A stretch of DNA of 11,141 nt, taken from an uncultured bacterium. GTDB taxonomy: Bacteria > Hydrogenedentota > Hydrogenedentia > Hydrogenedentales > JAEUWI01. Location: the NCBI GenBank assembly GCA_963977445.1, contig CAXBPH010000231.1, forward strand, positions 1 to 11,141, in the 5' to 3' direction. The position numbers and the translations under genes were made by a program. Numbering within the stretch: the stretch's first letter is position 1; each line of letters starts with the position of its first letter. This document shows positions 6,419 to 11,141 of this stretch, one piece after another. The notes beneath the pieces were generated by a model. That model was given only the letters and a program-made list of their open reading frames with translations, was not told the origin of the DNA and did no database searches.

Positions 6419-8017
6419 CTATTTATTTTCTTCCGGAAAGGACTCATTCATTTCCTTGAGCATCTTCATGGACTCACGATGAATGGTGGGGGCCACATCC
6501 GGGCCACCGGAGTTTTCTTCGCCGTATTGGGCTTTGTCGTTGTAGACGTAGGGGGGCTTGTTGTCCCACTGGCTCTTGGGGACCATGTAACCTATCTGAT
6601 CATTGGCGAGGCCGATGACGAGGGCCATGCGTGCGTTGCGCTCCATTTCATCGCGGAGTGGTGGAACTTCCACCGGCTCAATTTCGAAATCACGGCCTGG
6701 CTTCGCTTCGATGCCGCCCTCCACGATTTCGGGATAGATTTCACCGGGAGTGCTGAGAAGAAGGACGCCGCCAATACGGATGACGTTAATCTCGGTGCGG
6801 GCACCCTGACCGAGTTTGTAGCCTTCGTGGATGAGGCCAAACATCATGAAATACTTATACATACCTTCCACGGGGATGCGGATAGTGCGCGCGGCCACGG
6901 CGAGACGGGGGTCGTCGTTTTTCCATACGCTTTCGCTGCGCAGGGCGTTGCAGGCGACGATGGCGAGGTTTTGCCCCAGGGCCTCTGCTTTTTCGAAGGT
7001 GGCGTCTTCAAACTTTCGTTCGCCATCACGGTGGGGCACGGTGGTGTGGAGTTGGGTCATGAGCCCACCAATTTCTCCCTGAAAGTAGAGGCACATACCG
7101 CCAAAACCTTCTACGCCCGCGGGGTCCGGCACGCCATTCTCAACGCCTTCACGAAGCCAATGGGGGAAGTCGGCCGTGATATCCCCATTACTGCCACCCA
7201 CCGTCTCGGGATGATTTCCCCAGTTGACGAAGGTGCCAATGGTGACGTCCGTGTCGCGCCGGGTAAATCGCATGAGATACATGGTGTCGTCCATGACGAT
7301 GGGCTTGCGGGAGTCGTCCACAAAGCCCTCCGGGGCGATTTCTACCGTAGTGCAATACATATCTGCCGGACGGAGGCCAGCAACAGCCTGCTCAATAGCC
7401 GAGCGGGTTTTCTCCCGGACCATCGCCATGTAGCGTTCGTCGTAGCCTAAGATAGGGGTCGGCCCACTCCAGATTTTCATGGTGTCCGGCGTTTCGTGGG
7501 TGTGGCTGCTGGAGAAAAGGATGTGGTCAATATTGAAGGTCTCACTGACCGATTTTCGAATAGTGACGAAGTCGTTGTGAAAAATGCCGACACTGTCGAT
7601 GGATACGAGGACCACAAGCACGCCATTGTTACGTAGCGCAATGGCCCGCACCCAAGGGGTGTCGTTTATCCCTTTGGCCGGGCGATTGGAGTTAAAGCCG
7701 GCCATCCAGATGGCGTCGAACTTGCCGTTGCCGTTGCGATCTTCGTAGGTGTCCACGTCTTCATCGTATTTACTGTTGTCGTTCACATCGACCCACGGGT
7801 CATAGTCGTCGAAGTTGGGGCTAATATCCTCCATGGCGACCCCGGCTTCCAGGCCGGTTGAGGCCACGGACATATCTTCTGGCAGCACGAAGTCGAGTTC
7901 GTAGCCGGGATAGGGGCCGGCCAGCCGACTGCGAAACCACAGCGCGGCAATGCACAAAAGGATAAGAAAGGCAGAAAAAATCTTGTGTTTCCGGAGGAAA
8001 TGAAGGGTGGCAGACAT
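6419..8017 (-). CDS. Neutral/alkaline non-lysosomal ceramidase-like amidohydrolase with an N-terminal membrane anchor
   Basis: ATG 8017 has GGAG 6 nt upstream. N-terminal basic plus hydrophobic segment (RKHKIFSAFLILLCIAALWF). Motifs 'VRAIAL', 'SSHTHETPD' (HTH metal motif), 'NWGNHPE', 'ITADFP', 'YFQGEIGG', 'TPGEIYPE', 'GLANDQIGY', 'YGEENS'. The substrate is unknown. Confidence 0.8.
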   Translation of the reverse strand: MSATLHFLRKHKIFSAFLILLCIAALWFRSRLAGPYPGYELDFVLPEDMSVASTGLEAGVAMEDISPNFDDYDPWVDVNDNSKYDEDVDTYEDRNGNGKFDAIWMAGFNSNRPAKGINDTPWVRAIALRNNGVLVVLVSIDSVGIFHNDFVTIRKSVSETFNIDHILFSSSHTHETPDTMKIWSGPTPILGYDERYMAMVREKTRSAIEQAVAGLRPADMYCTTVEIAPEGFVDDSRKPIVMDDTMYLMRFTRRDTDVTIGTFVNWGNHPETVGGSNGDITADFPHWLREGVENGVPDPAGVEGFGGMCLYFQGEIGGLMTQLHTTVPHRDGERKFEDATFEKAEALGQNLAIVACNALRSESVWKNDDPRLAVAARTIRIPVEGMYKYFMMFGLIHEGYKLGQGARTEINVIRIGGVLLLSTPGEIYPEIVEGGIEAKPGRDFEIEPVEVPPLRDEMERNARMALVIGLANDQIGYMVPKSQWDNKPPYVYNDKAQYGEENSGGPDVAPTIHRESMKMLKEMNESFPEENK

Positions 8018-8053
8018 GGGGTACTCCAAGGTAATGCGTTTCGTGAAGGGGCG

Positions 8054-8062
8054 ATCATAGCA
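8054..8062 (-). promoter_or_regulatory. Candidate extended -10 promoter for the ceramidase-like gene
   Basis: Minus strand TGcTATGAT, 36 nt upstream of ATG 8017. Confidence 0.4.
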
Positions 8063-8168
8063 GTCGACAGGGGGGCAATCCAGCTTTACTGCGCAACACA
8101 GGAGGCAAGCGCATTGCCCTGTAAATGATTGGCATGCATCCAGAGGCATTCGATAGCAGAGATTCCTG

Positions 8169-8198
8169 TTGCAAAATCACTAAGTCTGATGTTAATAT
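8169..8198 (+). promoter_or_regulatory. Candidate sigma70 promoter for the DUF1559 gene
   Basis: TTGCAA-N18-TAATAT with TG at 8190-8191 (extended -10), in an AT-rich divergent intergenic region. Confidence 0.45.
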
Positions 8199-8340
8199 GG
8201 CTGAACTTTACGTTAGTTGGCGCTTCTCTTATTCGAGATGGTGGCACAAAGCTTTGTGGTGGTGGCAGGCGATGCAATAGCCAAATGCCCCCTTTTCAAT
8301 TGGTAGCCAGCGTGTGTGCAATGGCAAAAGGAAAATAATC

Positions 8341-9258
8341 ATGAAAAAGTCAGGTTTTACCCTTATTGAACTCCTGGTGGTAATCGCCATCATCGGCATT
8401 TTGGCCGCCATACTCCTGCCGGCCCTGGCCCGTGCTCGCGAGGCAGCCCGCCGGACCAGTTGTCAGAACAATCTCAAGCAAATGGGCGTGGTGTTCAAGA
8501 TGTACGCCAACGAGTCCAATGGCGAAAGATTTCCACGACGCAAGACCTTCAACTGCGATAACCTGACCTTGAGCGACACCATGATTTTCGATGGGGAGCA
8601 AGTTATCCCCGAGTATCTGACCGATACCAACGTGGTTTGGTGTCCTTCCTGGGGTGGACAGGTTGATGCGATGGCCCGTTACGATGCCGCCAAAGGCAAC
8701 GACGACGGTATTATTCAACCCTGCGAATTGGTAAAAGAGCCCTTCGATTACACGGGTTGGCTGATACTCGACGACGAAAATATTCTCGGTCTTGAATCCG
8801 TTACCGGCCTCATTGGCACCGAAGGTACCGGCCCCGGTGGCCGTTTTGAAGAGGCCGAGTTTGCAGGCACGCCGTGGGAAGAACTCGGTAACGCCAACGC
8901 CAATCCCGCCGCGCCCGGCGTACAGAGCGACAGTGATTTCACCGTGAGCGGTATTCATTCAGGCTCCCAGGCGGGGGGCGGCGATACGCTCCTGCGTTTG
9001 CGTGAAGGCATCGAACGCTTCCTCATCACCGATATTAACAATGCGGCCGGCAGTGCCCAGGCCCAGAGTGCCGTGCCCATCATGTGGGACCACATCACCA
9101 CCAACGCCCAGGATTTCTCCCACGTGCCCGGTGGTGCCAACGTGTTGTATATGGATGGACACGTAACCTTCAGCAAGTATCCGGGCGACCGATTCCCCAT
9201 GACCCAGGACAGCGCGAAGGCCTTTGGCCGCTATAATCGCGTCATGGACGGCATCTGA
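8341..9258 (+). CDS. Prepilin-type N-terminal cleavage/methylation domain protein, DUF1559 with C-terminal H-X9-DG motif
   Basis: [47 protein letters not shown]; 'WCPS'; '[15 protein letters not shown]'; '[15 protein letters not shown]'. AAGGA SD-like sequence upstream of ATG 8341. Confidence 0.95.
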   Translation: MKKSGFTLIELLVVIAIIGILAAILLPALARAREAARRTSCQNNLKQMGVVFKMYANESNGERFPRRKTFNCDNLTLSDTMIFDGEQVIPEYLTDTNVVWCPSWGGQVDAMARYDAAKGNDDGIIQPCELVKEPFDYTGWLILDDENILGLESVTGLIGTEGTGPGGRFEEAEFAGTPWEELGNANANPAAPGVQSDSDFTVSGIHSGSQAGGGDTLLRLREGIERFLITDINNAAGSAQAQSAVPIMWDHITTNAQDFSHVPGGANVLYMDGHVTFSKYPGDRFPMTQDSAKAFGRYNRVMDGI

Positions 9259-9307
9259 TTACACCACCTGGCCGCTGCTTCCTTTCTGGCGACAGCGGGT
9301 ACCGATA

Positions 9308-9347
9308 GAAAAGACCCGGTCTATTAAGTATAGACCGGGTCTTGTTT
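9308..9347. terminator. Bidirectional intrinsic terminator between convergent genes
   Basis: AAGACCCGGTCTAT-taagt-ATAGACCGGGTCTT is a perfect 14-bp stem (9311-9343), with an A-rich left flank and a T-rich right flank. Confidence 0.88.
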
Positions 9348-9367
9348 CATCTAAGCCGTTGTATCAA

Positions 9368-10885
9368 TCAGTCGCCCCGTCTTTGGCCTGCGGTGCGCCA
9401 TGCGGCGAGGGTCATGAGGGCCAATCCGGCCACGAGGAGGTCGCCAACGGCGGCTTGGGTTTTCGCAGGGCCAACGACACACCCACGTATGACGCCGCCA
9501 CCCCCTCCGCCGCCACCACCCGTGTTGGGTGTGACATAGGCGGTGCGCCCGGTGCCTGGCGGGGTGGTGTCCACAAGAAATCCGCCAATCTGGACGAAGA
9601 AATCCCGGAAAGAAGAATACTGGTCCAGGCGCTCGCCTGCCCCTCTACAGGATTGAAAATTGCCGTTGCTCAGCATGCCGAAGATACGAAACTGGCCGTT
9701 GTTAAACATCGACGGTGCGCCGGAGGAGCCCCCTTCGGTGATGCCTTCGCTCCAGCTCATGGTGGTCTGATTCTGGCCGAAGTTGGTGTCCACCTCAATG
9801 CGGGAAACGGTGCCAATGCTTTCTTTCATCGCTGTGCCTGCGGGGTGATGAAGACAAACGACACGCTCGCCCGCGTTGGGGGTGCGGGTATCCCAGCCGA
9901 GCCAGGCACGACCTCGTGTGCCATTGGGTACGCTCCCGAGCTTCAGCAACATGCCGTCTATAGTTGCGCTGTTACCGAGAAAGGCGCTGCCCACACTGCG
10001 CGGAAGCTGGGCAAAATCAGTTCCAGCGGGCTCCACCCCATTGCAGCCGTTGGCGCGGAAATCCCAAATGACTTCGAGTGCGGAGGCGAAAATGGTGCCG
10101 GGGTAATCCTGGAAACAATGATCGGCGGTGAGGAAATAAGATTCCAGTTCCTCCGTAGTGCCGTTGTTGATGAGGGCCCCGGAACAAAGGGCCGACGTGC
10201 CCCGGTCATCGGTAATAGAGAGCCGCCCGATGGCCGTACTGACTTCCTGCAGCGACGTGTCGGTGATGCAGTCGGCGGGGAGCGGGCAGGGATTGGTGCC
10301 CTTGGTTACAGGGGATTCATAGTAGTGTGACGCCATCAGAACGGTGATGTCCGGTGTCGATTTCGCCGGGGAAGATACCCAGACGACGACGGTATCCCCG
10401 ATGGTCGTGGGAAGCCACTGGCCGTCGGACTCGGCATCGGTCAGGGTGTAGGGGCCCAGGGGGTAGCGACCTTCTACATCGACAATCCAAAGGGTCTCGT
10501 TGGGTCGGAGATGGCTGAGGTCTACCTTCAGGCGCAATGCCGTGGCATCGACCGAAGTGAGGGCGGTGCGCCAGTGAAATGTGTTTCCATCCTGCGTGGG
10601 CGCTCCGAAGAAGTCCGTGCCGGTCCAATCCAACTCGATGCCTGCACCGACCTGTAGCTCCCGCTTTACGTTTGCGTGTTTGAGGGCAGAATTCTGTCCC
10701 GCATAGGTATCAATCACAAACTGCGGATAGTCCCCATCGAGCATGGCGTCCAACGTAGCGGTGTTGACCGGACTTGACGTTTCGGCGAGGCTTTTCACCG
10801 GGGGGACATAGATGTAATCGGCAGATTCACCATGAGCGGTGATTGTCGCGGCGCCAACAAGTGCGCACAAGAGAAGATTTCGCAT
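9368..10885 (-). CDS. Secreted lysyl-endopeptidase-like (Achromobacter protease I-type, S1) serine protease with propeptide and C-terminal membrane sorting tail
   Basis: Signal peptide MRNLLLCALVGAATITAHG from ATG 10885. Catalytic triad motifs 'CSGALINN...YFLTADHC' (His), 'IDGMLLKL' (Asp), 'GITEGGSSGAP' (Ser). Also 'WLGWD', 'HHPAG', 'DQY'. The C-terminus is G9-VIRGC...GDLLVAGLALMTLAAW-RTAGQRRGD. Confidence 0.9.
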   Translation of the reverse strand: MRNLLLCALVGAATITAHGESADYIYVPPVKSLAETSSPVNTATLDAMLDGDYPQFVIDTYAGQNSALKHANVKRELQVGAGIELDWTGTDFFGAPTQDGNTFHWRTALTSVDATALRLKVDLSHLRPNETLWIVDVEGRYPLGPYTLTDAESDGQWLPTTIGDTVVVWVSSPAKSTPDITVLMASHYYESPVTKGTNPCPLPADCITDTSLQEVSTAIGRLSITDDRGTSALCSGALINNGTTEELESYFLTADHCFQDYPGTIFASALEVIWDFRANGCNGVEPAGTDFAQLPRSVGSAFLGNSATIDGMLLKLGSVPNGTRGRAWLGWDTRTPNAGERVVCLHHPAGTAMKESIGTVSRIEVDTNFGQNQTTMSWSEGITEGGSSGAPSMFNNGQFRIFGMLSNGNFQSCRGAGERLDQYSSFRDFFVQIGGFLVDTTPPGTGRTAYVTPNTGGGGGGGGGVIRGCVVGPAKTQAAVGDLLVAGLALMTLAAWRTAGQRRGD

Positions 10886-11141
10886 AACTACCTGCTTTCT
10901 TCTGGGTGGGCCAAGCCACACCAACCAACTATTTTCCGGTGACGCGAGGTCACGTGGAGCGCGTGGGGAAAAGCCCCTCCGACTTAACGATTTTGAACGG
11001 AACAAGGGTGACAGCGTCACCGCCCACTCCAGAGCAGCCCGTTGCAAAACTCGAACGCGGGCTACGAACGGCCTTCTTGACCGAACGCCGCGTTGCGAGC
11101 CCTTGAAAATACCGGTATTTCCTGTGGACTCGCGCCTTGAT

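Noticed and set aside
6028..6482. Small ORFs (72-100 aa) in the acylase-ceramidase intergenic region
   Set aside because: They have no RBS or motif support, overlap hairpins and neighbouring genes, and have a composition typical of GC-rich non-coding DNA.
6377..7450. 357-aa plus-strand ORF
   Set aside because: It is an antisense shadow of the ceramidase-like gene, with no recognisable motifs. Such shadows are common opposite GC-rich coding frames.
8350..8958. 202-aa minus-strand ORF
   Set aside because: It is antisense to the DUF1559 gene and has no independent support.
9224..10330. 368-aa plus-strand ORF
   Set aside because: It is antisense to the well-supported protease, runs through the bidirectional terminator and has no motifs.

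Overview
GC-rich bacterial chromosomal window with seven protein-coding genes. No rRNA, tRNA, CRISPR array or transposase ORF is visible. In order: (1) the 3' part of a T2SS/type IV pilus-type secretin with a long Gly-rich insertion, followed by an intrinsic terminator; (2) the Kdo transferase waaA; (3-5) three minus-strand genes, namely an uncharacterised beta-rich protein, an S45 Ntn-hydrolase acylase and a membrane-anchored ceramidase-like amidohydrolase; (6) a divergent DUF1559/H-X9-DG prepilin-like protein; (7) a convergent lysyl-endopeptidase-like S1 protease ending in a polyGly-GC-GDLL-TM-basic tail. The style of the DUF1559 protein and of that tail suggests Candidatus Hydrogenedentota or a relative (inference, not searched). 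The best leads are the possibly undescribed C-terminal sorting signal near a secretin, the FG/RGG low-complexity insertion in the secretin, a possible exported N-acyl-amide hydrolysis module, and structured REP/IS-end-like intergenic sequences. All family assignments come from motif recognition from memory; no database search was run.
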